Assembly (NCBI RefSeq): GCF_009914755.1
Contig: NC_060937.1
Length of the DNA: 64,000 bases
Source of the DNA: the human T2T-CHM13v2.0 reference genome, Homo sapiens
Direction: 5' to 3' (one strand)
A model generated the notes under the pieces. It was not told where the DNA came from. It saw only the letters and a program-made list of their open reading frames with translations, and searched no databases. Shown in pieces: positions 1 to 16,417 of the stretch (the first letter of the stretch is position 1; each line of letters opens with the position of its first letter). The position numbers and the translations under genes are program-made.

Positions 1-600
1 GTTATCAGTACTCAACCCAATTAATATAACGAGCTTCTGATTGATTGACTAAAACTAGTGAACAATCTTTAAAATTGCAATTAATTTATAAATTTATACT
101 CACTTTTCTTTTATGAGATCAGAATGATTTGTTGTTCTGACATCATATCAACGGATTGAAACTTGAACCAGGCTTTGAAAAACTCCTATCTTTCAGGAAA
201 ATGTCATTAAACTGTTGAAAGTAGATGGATAAATTACTTTAGAAGTCAAGAAGTCTTTTAAACCACTCTCCTTTCTGTTATCTTGCTTTATGAGCATGTA
301 GTGTTTCTTCTTATACTTAAAAAAAATTGGAATTAATTTTCAAAGGTTGACATTTGATAAGGCTTTACTATAAATATCGCTAGGATCGAAGGATGCTTTT
401 TGCCTCTCTCTCCGGGTTGGCAAGCAGAAGCCACTACTCGCCTCTTCTCCAGAATCATTTTCGCCTATATTCTCCTGTCTTATAACTCAGGTCTATAGTT
501 ACGGTTTTTGAGGCATATTAAGTTTTTGAGTATGGTGTTTAAGGGGAACACTGTTTCTTTGATTCTAAACGTATTTTAATTTAATTTTAAAACACAATTT

Positions 601-891
601 AGCTCACACCTGTAATCCCAGCACTTTGAGAGGCCAAGGCAGGTAGATCACTTGAGGCCAGGGGTTCAAGACCAGCCTGGCCAACATGGCGAAACCCCGT
701 CTCTACTCAAAACACAAAAATTAGTCAAACGCAGTAGCGTTTGCCTGTAATCCCAGCTACTAAGGAGCTGAGACAGGAGAATTGCTTCAACCCAGGAGGC
801 AGAGGTTGCTGTGAGCCAAGATCACGCCACTGCACTCTAGCCTGGGCCACAAAGCAAGATTCTGTCTAAAAAAAAAAAAAAAAAAAAAAAA
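601..891 (+). mobile_element. Alu (S-like), few 5' bases missing
   Basis: gctcacacctgtaatcccagcacttt, dimeric body, long poly(A). Confidence 0.95.
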
Positions 892-1649
892 TTTAAAAGA
901 ATACAAATGGCTTTTCATAATGGTGATGAAATGTCCTTGTTTGGACACAAAATTCCAGGACTAATATTTTAATCTTCTCTCATCTTGCTCTTCCTCATAT
1001 GGCCCATTTAATAATGCACTTGCCATGAACTTTAACTTCAGTTTACTTATAAACTGGTTTTCTTTGTAAATTGGTTTAGTGTTCTCATTCTGTCGCCCGG
1101 GCTTGAGATGAGTGTGGATGCATTCTCTCGGTAGCGTTAACAGCGCTTCACAGTTCCCCGCGGCTCTGGCCAGGGCTGCTGTGAGGACTGGATGAGGTAA
1201 CGAGAAGTGTGTGCTGAGACATCTGTGTTCGCCCAGGTGGCCTGTGACATCTGGAATGTCGGGTTCTGAGGTCAGATCACTCTCGAAGGTCAAGACCTTT
1301 GGAGTCAGGTTGAAGGTAGCAGTTGGGCATGCCCCAGTCAGGTCCGACTCATCCCCAGCCATGTGAGGTGAGCTCCGTGTCCCCCCTTTTCAGGCCTATA
1401 CAACCTTCTCAAAGCCTCTTTCCGGATTCATCTTGCTCTAAAATATTGATTTTCATGACAGGATATTCCTTGTGGCCAATCAAGTCTATTAAGCTTCTGG
1501 AAGCCAGAGGGTAGGAGAACCCAGGTGCCCCAGGGCCATGGCTACAGAGAGCCCAGAAGAGTCCTGGGGTCCGCACTTCCTGCTGTGCCTCTGTAGCCCC
1601 GGGATGTCACTGCTGTTTTCATAAGTTATGATCACTGCACTATTGCTCC

Positions 1650-1810
1650 TTATGCCAGGCGCTTAGCAGTTATATCTCCAATCCTCACAACAACTGAACA
1701 AGGTCAGTCTTGTTCTCCCCATTTTTTAGAAGTGGAAGCTGCAGTCTGAAGTGGTGAGTAGCCTGCCCAAGTTCATGGTCGGGGGAGACCAGTGTTTGAA
1801 TCTGTGCAGC
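1650..1810 (-). mobile_element. MIR fragment
   Basis: atcctcacaacaact...cccatttt...cctgcccaagttcatgg, typical MIR core; boundaries approximate. Confidence 0.55.
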
Positions 1811-3087
1811 GAGCCCCCCAGGCTGTTGCTTTCTGGCTGTATGGCAGTGCCTCGCATTCAGACATTTGTGATTGCTTAATATATTTTAATACACTCTCCA
1901 GTGTCTTTAGCCCTTCAGTCCTAAGGAATTAGAGGAAAGCATCAAGGGAGAAATCTGATAAGACATTTGAAAGAAAGAAGTTAATGAGTTTCCGGATGAT
2001 TAGAGCGCTTATTCCCCTTCTGCTTGAACAAAGCGCTTCACCCAGATTAATAATATAAAGATGGAGAGCCTCTGTCCACCACAGAACCTGCAGCTGCAAA
2101 CTCTTCCGTGAGCCACCACCGTGGTCAGAGGAGGTCTCAAAAGACCTTCTGAATAACTCTCTTTTCCCTCGGCACTGAGCATTGTACTCCATGATTGATT
2201 TGAAACACATGAATGCCCAGACGGGCCATTTATTTCTATAAATATATGTTATAAATTACCCTGGCGGCAGCAGGCTTCAGTTCACCTCTGCATAGGAGAG
2301 GAAAACATTTGTTCTTTGTCATATTTTTATATTTCATCTGCCTCACAAAACAATTGAGTGGGCTAGTGACCAACCATGCACTGCCACTGCTAAGTGTTCA
2401 TTTTACCGAACGTTAGCTTGAATGTATTTTGAAAGATACAGCTGGAATTTACAGATGAGTCTGTATAATTTGAGGCAGACACTCAAAACCAAGAAACTCC
2501 CCCATCATGTGTTTTACACATTAACGGTTTTATTTTGCACAAGTTATATTTCTACACAAATGGCCCAGCTAACATTTATTTAGTGTATAATGTGACTATA
2601 AGATTACCATGTAAATATTCCCAAAGCAAGACCTGCATTATAGTCTGGTGTGCAAAGTCGGTTTTCTGTTAAAAAGCAGCTGATTTAATAAAGCACAGAA
2701 AGAGCTTGAGGCCGAAGACTGGGGTTAGGTGGCTCTACTACTGACGAGAAGAAATCATTTTACTTCCTCGCGCCTGCATTCTCAGCTAAGAAACACAAAC
2801 TCTAGTATTTTATCAATTGTGGATTCTTACTGAAAGAACCAAATGGATCACATCCCATAAAGTTTGACCTTGCCTTCCGATTCTCCTCCAGGCTTCTCCA
2901 TCCATGATCACAGATTTGCATACAAGAAGAACCGCAAAGTTATCTTTGCAGTTTCCCAGCCTATCTTTGTATTAAAAGTTCCAGAATTTACTCCACCTAA
3001 AACTGGGCAAGTCTTTGCTCTTTCCTAATGATTTTATTTAACTACTAAATCTCTAATATTTGGTAGATTTTGTTTTTTTAAAACTTA

Positions 3088-3435
<348 letters not shown>

Positions 3436-3979
3436 TCACAAATTTATCATGCCTAGCATTTTTATCTCGGCTTATGGAATGGGGCCAAAGCTAACATACA
3501 CAGAGTGAAAGGAAAGCAGAGAAGGAGGAAGGGAGAAGAGGGCAGAGGGAGGATGGAGGGAGAGAGGCTGTTCTGCTCTCTTGATTGATATCGATAATTG
3601 CTTTCTGCTTTCTTCATCCCAAATTGGTGCTCTTAACTCTCCTATTCTAGAACCAAGAGCTAGAACAGAGACTGCAACACTGTCCACTTCCTCTGTTCAA
3701 ATTTAGTCCTCCCTGGGATCCTATAGCAGTTTTCCAGTCAAAAAATGTGTTAATGATGAACTCGTAGAATCACTATTTCCAGTGAGAAAACAATCCAGTC
3801 AAATTCAAATGCTTTGCTCTCATTTGACCTACCAGTCTCTTATTAGGTTTCATTCCAGATCTTTAGAGTCTTGTATTATGGCTTTTTGTTTTCAATTCAT
3901 GCATTCTTTTTATATTTCCAAGGTTTTCTTTGGGTATCTTTTAGTTTGAGAAACTATCTTCAAATATTCACCAACACAC

Positions 3980-4278
3980 TTGTTTGTTTTGTTGTTGAGA
4001 CAGGGTCTCACTCTGTCATCCATGCTGGAGTGCAGTGGTGTCATCACGGCTCACTGCAGCATTGACCTCCCAGACTCGAGTAATCCTCCCACCTCAGCCT
4101 CCTGAGTAGCTGGGACTACAGGCATATGCCACCATACCCAGCTCATGTTTTAATTTTTTGTAGAGATGAGGTCTTGACATGTTGCCTAGACTGGTCTCGA
4201 ACTCCTGGGCTCAAGCAACCCACCCACCTCAGACTCCCAAAGTGCTGTAATTACAGAAGTGAGCTACCATGCCTGGCC
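3980..4278 (-). mobile_element. Alu (J-like)
   Basis: gagacagggtctcactctgt...ctcctgggctcaagc...gcctggcc, antisense old Alu. Confidence 0.92.
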
Positions 4279-4705
4279 CAAATTTATTTTTATTTCATTG
4301 GCAAAAATAAGTTTTTTCCTGCTCCTAAGATAATAAATGTGCATTGAAAAATTTGGAAACCACAAAAAATACCCAAAGGATAAAAGTCAGGAGACAGCCC
4401 TGGTAATGGGTTAGTGCTGTCCACCCAGTCTCTCTCCACCGCGTGTGTGCATACACTTGTGATTGCACTACACATGATATTTTATAACCTCCCTTTTCAC
4501 TCAATATCATATCTCATATTTTTCTATGTCATCAAAAAGGCTAACCCTTGGCTATTGAGGGCCTCCTAATACCCCATCACATGGATGTGCTGCTCTTTAT
4601 GGGATTAATTTCCCTCTTCAAACATGACATCTGGCTTGTCTTTACATTTTTAAATTCTTCGCTATTACATATAAGAAAGTAAAAGCCATTCTAAAAGCAG
4701 CTTGG

Positions 4706-5086
<381 letters not shown>

Positions 5087-5869
5087 TCATGAATTTGGAG
5101 TAGACAATCACACAGGCTCTTTATCCCAACCTTTCCATGGAGCTCAGGCTGTCAGCCACCTCTTCAGAAGTCGGAATGCCTGGAGAGCCCTTAGTCCACG
5201 TGTCAGCTGCGCCTCCGTCTTCTGCCTCCACTTTGTCCTCCACCATTTGACCAGGCAGTGCTGGGAAGCAAGGAGGGGACCAGGCTGGAGCCTTAAGTCC
5301 TGGCGCAGCTGTCGACCGTCAGTGCGGCCACTGCAAAGCGATGTAAATGTCCCAGAGTGGGGCAGCTGGTCGGTAAGACGATGTCACAGACGCCTGGGAA
5401 GAGGAATGCACTGGATAAAACGCTGCGTCACTGAACTCTTATTCACAGCCCTGAGCATCCGCCTTTGATTATATTCATAGCCTTGAGGAAGAGCTAGAGA
5501 TGAGGCATCTTTCCTCACGGAACAGCCGACACAGATATTACAGCCTGGCTTTGGGCTTCAGGAGACGGGCTCAGAGACATCAAGTGCTCTGCCCAAGATC
5601 ACACAGCAGTGAGTGGCTGAGCAGAGGCCAGACCCCTCCCGCAGCCACTTTGTAATGGCGGCTACAATCACCGAGACGGGCTGAATTTCAAAGCCTCTAT
5701 TTAAACAATGATGAGCTACAAAATGCATTCTTACTTCTTAGGTTAACACTTTACTCATAAATTAGGAGATTAAAAAGTCGATATAAAATGTATAAAAAAT
5801 CTTCACCAGATGACTTCCACCGTGTCAGGAAGCTGCTATTTCTGTTACGTTTTACTGTTCTCTTCCCCA

Positions 5870-6560
5870 AATCCCTGGCGTGTTGCCTGGAAATTCGCGA
5901 TTTTCTGTAACTCTTCTTCTAGCTCCGAGGATTTCGTTTGAAATTCCTGCCGCAGTCGGAAACATTTTGGAAGACCGCATTTGAGCATTTGATGCAGAAA
6001 AAACACACTCCCGGTTACCAGCAAGATCGCTGTGGGGAATGAGGCACTCGAGAAAATCTACATTTGGCTCTGAATTTTCTCAACTTCTTTCCTTCCTCCA
6101 GGGAAACAGAAGCGCGGAAAGGCGCCCTCTCCTTCCCTCAGTCTGAGGCTCTTGCCCGCCAGGCCCTTCCCGACTCCGCCCAGGCCACGGGCTGCCCCAC
6201 CCACACCGGCCGCCTGAGGGGAAGCGGCGGCACCGCCCGCGCGGGTCCGGCCCTGAGGCGGCCTGGTGCTGCCCCCTGCCGTCCAGCGGGAATCGCAACC
6301 GATTTCAGAGACGAAATCTAAGAGTAACTGTCAGATGATTAGGAGGGTTCTCCCAGTTCTACAAATGAGTCTATTTGATCGTGGTCCACAATCTTTGCCT
6401 GACTGAAAAAGGCGGTTTTCAGAATGCGGAGGAGCTCGTTCCACCCTGCACGAGCAAGAGAACGTTGGAGGCTGCAAGGTGCCCTGCAAAGCCCTTCAGA
6501 AAGTCCTGGTGAAATCCCAGTGCCAGAGACGACTCCGAGCGAGATACTGCTTTGGACTTC
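5870..6560. promoter_or_regulatory. Small CpG-rich island, candidate promoter/enhancer
   Basis: Non-repeat CpG/GC peak at 6110-6300, GC-box-like ctccgccc and caccgccc, CTCF-like motif on the - strand at about 6266-6284. Confidence 0.5.
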
Positions 6561-8444
6561 CGTGTTCCAATCCTCAAAGTAGATTTCACTTGCAGGATTT
6601 TGAGAGGTTTAAAAAATACCTGGCAGGCATGTAAAAATGGCAGCAGTAAAAGAGGGTATGGAATTTTTATTTGTAGATTTCAATATATGAACTTTTTCAA
6701 GATTACATGAATAAGATCAATAGAGAGATTCACTTTAGCATACTGAGTCTGTTTTTAAATGAACCTTAATTTAGCATTATACATATGTCAGGATTGCATT
6801 ATTTTATATATTAAAACTAATCCAAGATTAATGGGAAAATAGAGAATCTAAATTTATCCAATTATTTCAATAGTAGTACTTAATAAAGCTCCGGCTGTAG
6901 AGATTTATTGATTCGGCAAACAGAGATGGTCTCATCTCCACAGCACAAGAAACCCTGTGCATCACAAATGAGTTTCACGGGTTTAAAGTAAAATTTCTAG
7001 TAGCTGTTTTTTAAAAGTGTAAAATTAATTAATTAAGATTGTTTTATCTTGTATCTTACTTTGCAACCAGTAACATTGTGGCTTCAGAGCCACAAGTCCT
7101 AAATTTGAATCCAAGGCTGGCCTCTAGGCAAACACCTCTCAGATGCTAGATGGTGCCTTTGAAATAAGCACGTGTTATATAACCCAGTGTGCACAGAGGC
7201 CTCATGCCCACAAACTATTGCTACCTGGGAATGTCAGATAGTCCTGCCTGCCACTGTCACCCCTGAACTGTATGACTTGTTTCTTCTCCTATGGCCTTGA
7301 CTCTTGGTTCTTGACTCTGGTATTCACTTGGCCCTGGTGTCATCCATACTAACATGTTGTATATAAGATGCATGTGTACAGTGAGTTTTTATTTTTCTAA
7401 TTACAAAATGAATAGATGCTCATTAAAAAATTACACCTTGCTGAAATCTGAACTAGACCAGATTAGCCTTGCAAGGCTCTGAAAACCAAATTGTTACTGG
7501 AATTACAGTTCACAAAAATAGGCCAGGTCCTATACACTGAACCTAAACAAAGCTACTGTCTGTTAAAAATCAGAAACTTAAATAGGATCAAGAATCTTGG
7601 CATAATATTAAAAGTGTGCAGGATACAAGCAAATATTGCTTGTCACAACAAGAAGCAGGAGAAACACAACTTGAATAAGAAAAGACAATCAGCTGACACC
7701 ACAGTAAAGTAAATCAGAAGGTGGAGTTATAAGATGCTCAAAGCAGCCACAACAATGCTTCAACAAACAATTATGAACTCAGTTGAAATAAATGAACAAA
7801 TAGGAAACTTAGCAAAAACGAGAAATTATTTTAAAAGGACCAAGTAGAAATTATAGAACTGAAAAGTAAAATAACAGAAATGAAAACATGCTAAATGAGC
7901 TTAATAGCAGAATGGAGACGAAAGAGGTTAGAACCAGTGAACATGAAGACTGAGCAATAACATTTACACTCTGAACAACAGAAAGAAGATGGACTAAAAA
8001 AAATGAACAGAGCCTCAGGGTCTATGGGGCAGTAAGAAAAGATCTAACATTCACAGCATTAGAGTCCCATAGGAAAGGAGAGTGTGGGGCTGAAAAGAAA
8101 TTATATCTGAAAACTTTCCAGATTTGGCAAAAGACATAAATCTACAGATTCAGGAAACTGAGAGAATGCCAGTTAGGATAAACCCCCACAAATTCACACC
8201 AAGTCACATCAGAATAAAACCTTTTCAAAGACAAAGAAGCAAGCTTAGAAATCTGAAACCATGGAGTCCAGGAGGAAAGGAGCTGAAAGAAAAAGACTGT
8301 CGGCTGCAAATCCGAGACCTGGCAAAATGAGTCTTCAGGAGTAAAAGGGAAATAAAGACATTCTCAGACAAAGGAAAACTAACAGAAATGGGCTGAAAGA
8401 AACCTGCTGAACAGAAAGAAAATGTTAAAAGAAGACCAAAAATT

Positions 8445-9081
<637 letters not shown>

Positions 9082-9173
9082 AATAAACTATTCTTTATCT
9101 CATGAGTTTCTTAAATAATATTTTATGGTTAAAGCAAAAAAAAAAAAAACAAAAACAAAAACAAAACATAACC

Positions 9174-9406
9174 CCAGCCTGGCCAACATGGTGAAACCCC
9201 TTATCTACTAAAAGAAAAACACACAAAAATTAGCCAGGCATGGTGGCACCCACCTGTAATCCCAGCTACTTAGGAGGCTAAGGCAGGAGAATTGCTTGAA
9301 CCCAGGAGGTAGAGGTTGCAGTAAGCCAAGATCGCGTTCCACTGCACTCCAGCCTGGGCAACAGAAGAGACTCTGTCAAAAAAACAAACAAACAAATAAA
9401 CAAAAA
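9174..9406 (+). mobile_element. 5'-truncated Alu
   Basis: Begins at ccagcctggccaacatgg; right arm and (AAAC)n tail present. Confidence 0.9.
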
Positions 9407-9874
9407 CACAACCCCATCTGGTGTGCTGTGCAATGTATGTAGAGTAAAAACTTGAGACAATCATATTTTAAAAGTGGGTAGGGTAGGGCCTAACACAAGC
9501 AGCATTTCAAGGCTTGACTTGAAGTGGTGAAACGTTAATACAGTAGCCTAAGATAATTTATTTATGTGCACTACAGCACCTAGAGCAAGTGCTAGAAAAG
9601 TTACACAAAGTGATATACTGAAGAACTGTTATAGATAAATTCAGATATATTTCTAAAAAAAAGTTCAAGTGATTCAAGGCAGAAAAGAGAAACAAAGGAA
9701 TAAGAAACAGAAAAAACAGACACAAATAATAAAATGGCAGACTTAAGGCCTAAAATATCAATAATTACCTCAAATGTAAATGACATAAATATACCAATTA
9801 AAAAAAGATTAGCAAGCAGCACAACTCAATTACATGCTGTCTATAAAAAGCTCACTTCAAATATAATGATTTAC

Positions 9875-10234
9875 TGTATTAGTCCATTTTCACACTGCTA
9901 TAGAGATACTGCCCAAGACTGGGTACATTATAAAGAAAAGAGGTTAATTGACTCACGTTCCATATGGCTGGGGAGGCCTCAGGAAACTTACAATCCTGGC
10001 AGAAGGCAAAGCAGGCACCTTCTTCACAAGGCGGCAGGAGAGAGAGAAAAAGCCCAGGGGAACTGCCATTTATACAACCATCAGATCTCGTGAGAACTCA
10101 CTCACTATGGCAGGAACAGCATGGGGGAAACTGCCCCCATGACCCAATCACTTCCCACCAGGTCCCTTCCTCAACACCCGGGGATTACAATTCAAGATGA
10201 GATTTCGGTGGGGACACAAAGCCTAACCATATCA
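9875..10234 (-). mobile_element. THE1 (MaLR) solo LTR
   Basis: tgtattagtccattttcacactgcta ... ggggacacaaagcctaaccatatca, about 360 bp, splits the L1 ORF2. Confidence 0.9.
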
Positions 10235-11221
10235 AAAGGCATAGGGATACTGAAGTAATAAAATGGAAAAAGATATATCATACAAACATTAATTTTAAAA
10301 AAACAGGAGTAGCTTCATTACTTTCAGATAAAGTAGACTTCAGAGCAAAGAAAATTACTCGGGACAAGAAGAGAAATTGCATAACAATAAAAGGATTAAT
10401 CCACCAAGAAGAAGTAGTAATCCTAAATCTGTGGGCACCAAAAAACCAGTGCTTCAAAATACATAAAACAAAAACTGACAGAGCTTAAAAGAGAAATAGC
10501 CAAATCCAAAATAGTTGGGGGTTTCAACATCTAATTCATTGAAATGAATAGAACTATGAGACAGAAAATCAGCAAGGGTATCGAAGAATGAAGTCACACC
10601 ATCAACCAGCAGGGTCTAGCTGACATTTTTCGAACGCTGCATCCAACAGCAGCAGAATCTACATTATTTTCAAACATCATTCCTGTCAATCACCAGGATA
10701 CAGTAATGTAGGTCACAAAACCAACCCTAATAAATGTAATAGAATTTAAATCATACAGAGTATGTTCTCTGACCATAATGGAACCAAACTAGAAATCTAA
10801 GACAATAGGAAAATCTCCAGCATGTAGAAACTAAACAACATACTGCTAAATAATTCATGGGCCAAAAGACATCACAAAAGAAAATCTGAAAATACATAAA
10901 CTTATAAGACAATGAAAATGCAACATACCAAAATTTGTGGGATGCAATAAAGCGGTGCTAACAGAGACCTTGACAGCTCTAAATGTTTACATTAGAAAAG
11001 ACGAAAATTAATCATGTAAGTTCCCAATTCAAGCAGCTAGGAAAAGAAGGAAATAATAATAAAAGCAGAAACTAGTACAATTGAAAACAGAAAAAATAGA
11101 GAAAATGAATGTATTACAAAGTTAGTTCTTTGAAAAAGTCAGTAAAATTGATAAACCTCTGAAAAAGACAGGAAAGATAAAGAGGACAGAAATCACCATC
11201 AGGTATAAAACAGCAAGTATC

Positions 11222-11537
11222 AGCCAGGTGCAGTGGCTCACATCTGAAATTCCAGCATTTTGGGAGGCCAAGGCAGGCGGATCATTTGAGTTCAGGAGTT
11301 CAAGACCAGCCTGGGTGACATGGCAAAATCCCATCTGTACAAAAAGTATAAAAATTAGCCCCTTGTGATGGCACACACCTATAGTCCCAGCTACTTGGGA
11401 GGCTGAGGCGGGAGGATTGCTTGAACCTGGGAGGCGGAGGCTGCAGTGAGCCGAGATTGCACCACTGTACTCCGGCCTAGGCGACAGAGCAAGACTCTGT
11501 CTCAAAAATAAATAAATAAATACACAAACAAATAAAA
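11222..11537 (+). mobile_element. Alu
   Basis: Full dimer with (AAAT)n tail. Confidence 0.95.
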
Positions 11538-12104
11538 CAGCAAATATAACTGCCGATCCTGCAACCATTATGGATAAAAAGGGATTACTATGAACATACC
11601 TACAACTTACACTCACGCATGTGGCAACTTCGAGGGATTAATCAAATCGTTAATCCTTGAAGAAATGCAAATGAAAACTGAAGCGTGATGCGACTTTACA
11701 CTAAAATGGCCAACACAGAAAAGATGATAATATCAGTTAGCAAAGGGTGTGGAGCAGCTGGACTCTCTCCTGCCATTGGGATTGTATAATAAAATGGTGC
11801 AGTTACTTGGAAAATGTGTCACATTTCTTATACAGCAAAACATACACCAATCTTATGACCCAGCAACTCTCCTAGAGAAAGTATACGTCCACAAAAAAAA
11901 CTTTACAATAATGTTAGGGCAGTTTTATTTACAATAACCCCAACAGAAAGCAATATCCATCAACAAGAGAACAGACACACAAAGTGTGGTGTGATCATAC
12001 AATGGAATTCTATTCAGCAATTGAAAAAAGAAAGAACTATTGGGGCATAAAAATGTAGGATGAATCTCAGAAACATTATGTTGAACAAAAGAAGCTAGAA
12101 ACAC

Positions 12105-12379
<275 letters not shown>

Positions 12380-12423
12380 GGAGCCAGAAACAATCGTGTG
12401 TTATTGCCTTTATTTGAAGTTGA

Positions 12424-12849
<426 letters not shown>

Positions 12850-12982
12850 ACGTATCTTGGCGGCAGTGCTGGTTAACTGGGGATAAACATGTGTCAAAAC
12901 CACTGAATAGGACACTAAAGCTCCGTGCATGTCACTGTATGCAAATTTTACCTCAATAAAGCAAGTGCATGCACTTAACTCA

Positions 12983-13345
<363 letters not shown>

Positions 13346-14656
13346 TTATATGATATATATAAATATTTCCTTTAAGATTAGGAGTAAAATGAAGATGCTT
13401 TGTTGATTGCATGGCCCTGGAAGCCCTGTTGCAAACTTTAGGTAAGTAAGAGATGAAGTATTCAAATAAATAAACACAATTATCAATATGTTTGTGGCCA
13501 TTAGTCCTTTTTCAGAGTGGCCTTGCTTGGGGTTCTGTGTACGGAGGCATATGGTGGGCTCGGACCTCTGCTTCTGTGCCCGACAGTCACAGTGAAGGGT
13601 GCACATAAATTAAACAGACAAAAAGGGTCCCTCAGATTCACCTTTATCACTTAGAATCCTGCTGTCTCTTAACACGCAGTTACACGTTCCTTTCTATATA
13701 TTAAAAAATGCCTCAAGATGCTTCAAAGGAGAAGGAAAGTTGTCTTCTATTTTCAGTCAGCTGAGTGGTAGCTGGCCCAAGACATGTCCTTCCTGTCCAC
13801 CTCAAGTTCCTTTTAGCATCTGGTTGAGATGAAGAGAAAATGGTCCTCTGATAGTAAATCAATATCTAAGCAGGATAGAAAGAGTGTTTTATATCAAGTT
13901 TCCATAATGCCACTGTCGGGTATGCGATAATGCTTAAAAATGATGCTGCCGCCCCTGCCAACAATAGACTCAAAAGTGCAATTTTGGCAAAATAAATAAA
14001 ATGATGGTTACAAAAATGATTTTCTTTTGTAGTGATCTCATAGGACACAACATTGAGAAGCAAGGGCAGATTTCTTGCAAAGCTTGTAGAATCTGTGGGA
14101 GATAGTTGAGAAGTTAAAACGTGGAAGGAACTAAAAGATGCTGGAGAGGAACAGAAACTTCCTGTGTGCCCACTGATTGCAGGCACTTTACATAAATCAC
14201 CTTCAAAGCCATCCCAAGCCTGTGCTCGCGCGTGCGTGGACCCAGCACTCCCAATCCTGGCTGTGCAACTCCCCGCAGTGCTCTCTAAAAGACCACCAAG
14301 ATCTCTGCAGGTTGAACTCAAGGCAGGTGTTTTTGAGAAGTCCTCAAAGGCTTTGAATCCAAGGTTTCATCTCCTGGGGTCACAGAGACCCACCTGCTGT
14401 CTCAGCCCTGGGTCTGCCCCAGCTTTGAGCTCCCGCCCCTGCTCCTTTTCTTCTTTATGGAGCTTGTTCTTGACCACCTGTGGATCTCCGTTCTTCCTCC
14501 TGATCTCTGAATCATGTCGCACTGAGGAAGAACCTAAATGCTTCTTCTCTATGTGCACCTGCTGTGTGGCGCCCCAAGATATCACATTTGGGCTCCGTAG
14601 AGGACACCTCACCCCATCCCTGGCCCCAGTGGGCCCTGTCTCCAACCTCCCCTCAA

Positions 14657-14871
14657 TGTTTTTGTTTTTTTGTTTTTTGTTTTTTGTGAGACAGTCTCAC
14701 TTTGTTGTCACCCAGGCTAAAGTGCAATGATGCAACCTGCACTCACTGCAACCTCCACATTCCAGATTCAAGTGATCCTCCTGCCTCGGCCTCCTGAGTA
14801 GCTGGGATTACAGGCATGTACCGCTATGCCTGGCTAATTTTTGTATTTTTAGTAGACAGAGGGTTACCACG
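14657..14871 (-). mobile_element. Partial Alu (right arm and linker)
   Basis: T-rich tail, gagacagtctcac...tttttagtagacag, then breaks off. Confidence 0.9.
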
Positions 14872-15419
14872 CGTTCCTAGCCCTGATTCCTTCCATATCC
14901 CTTCAAAGAGCTGCTCTGCTGGCCTGTCTGAGGTCACCGTAAGCTCCTTGGTGCCCGGTCAAAAGTCTGTGTTGAATTTTCATCCTACCTGAGCTCTCCC
15001 CAGCACTGGACAATGACCACTTTGGAAACTCTCTGTTCTTGGTGTCAGGAACACCACTCTTTCCTGGTTTAATAAAACTAATTGACGAATGGTTCCTCCT
15101 GTCGACTATCCCTTAAATGGCAGGTTTCCAGCTTCCATCGGGGCACTGTTTGGCTTCTGTGTATCTTCATCCCTCCGACCTGCTGGTGACTTGGATGCTG
15201 GGTAATCATCCACCAAGTCTGTGGGCTGCTCCCAGGGGTGCTAACCCCACTCCCTTTGCCCCACCAGCCTCATAGGCTGGATGGACCTTGGCAGCCGGAG
15301 GGAGCCCTCAGGAAGGAGCCCAGGTACTTGCAGCAGTGGCCCTCAGTGGGTGTGCCCGGGGCAAGGCGGGGCAGTGCGGGCAGGCTCAGCACAGAACCTC
15401 ACCACTCTCATGTGATTCA

Positions 15420-15530
15420 TCCATTTGACTCTGAGCTCCCTGAGGGTGGAGGCCATGCTTTATTAATACCTATATCCCAGCATCGATATATTGCCATTCA
15501 ATAAATGTTTGCTATGAATAAATAAATGAA
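15420..15530 (+). mobile_element. L2 3' end fragment
   Basis: gagctccctgaggg...ttcaataaatgtttgctatgaataaataaatg. Confidence 0.55.
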
Positions 15531-15805
15531 GACTTATTAAATGTGATTCAAAAGGCACTTAGGGGAAAGACCTTCAGTGAATCATAAATATTCAGAGAAG
15601 GGGCCAAATAGGAGGCATTCTTCAGCATTTTATAAGGCTAAGAAAAGATACTTTTACTCCCTAAGTTTGGCTTTTGTGAAATAACACAAGTGATGTGTGA
15701 TATTCATGTGTTTGGCATAAAACCAATAACTTGCAAATGGCTATTTCTTCCCATTGAAAAGAGCATCGACCTGTCAGATGCATGCAGTTTCCATGCAGTT
15801 GGTGG

Positions 15806-16032
15806 CCAGCCCCTCTTTGCAGGGCCTCAGAGTTATCGCCGCGGTCACTCACAGTCCCCCCAGCTCCAGGTGCCGGGATCTTACAATCACGGTACAAACA
15901 CTGCATTCGGGGGTGATCCAGCCCCTCTTTGCAGGGCTCAGAGTTATCGCCGCAGTCACTCACAGTCACCCCAGCTCCGGATGCTGGGATCTTACAATCA
16001 TGGTACAAACACCGCATTCGGGAGTGATCCAG
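15806..16032. repeat. Tandem duplication, 2 x about 112 bp
   Basis: ccagcccctctttgcaggg...cattcggg(g/a)gtgat starts at 15806 and 15918. Confidence 0.95.
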
Positions 16033-16417
16033 TGGTGCCAGAGCTGACAGCAGACAGTTAAAAGTCCCAGCTGTCCTCAAGGGTACTTTCTCTCCAACAA
16101 CAACGAATTTATTTAATCCTTTTAATTCTTCCTGTTATTAATTACAGCATTAGGAGTTTCATTAATTTACTTATTATAAAAGCTCAGTGCTTTCTTTGAA
16201 AAGTAGTGGATTTTCCTCTTCCAAATTAAAGAGAGGTCCCCCAGGTGCTGGGATCTGGGTTTGGTGACGAGCCTGAGGTCCTCCTGACTCTACAGAACTC
16301 AATGTTGCCCTCAAAGCCTTCCTATTTCGCTTGGTAAATCCATCTCTCGTCTACTTTTTTTCCCCCAGAAATGACCATAGCAATTGGTCGTCTGGCAGTA
16401 TTTTTCTCGCTTCCTCC

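Noticed and set aside
961-1362. 133-aa ORF on the - strand in non-repeat DNA
   Set aside because: No recognisable domain or exon structure; the length is compatible with chance.
3472-3687. 71-aa ORF on the - strand
   Set aside because: Non-ATG start, low-complexity purine tract, and I cannot match it to a known protein.
9734-10093. 119-aa ORF starting like an L1 endonuclease
   Set aside because: Dead L1 ORF2 start reading into an inserted THE1 LTR.
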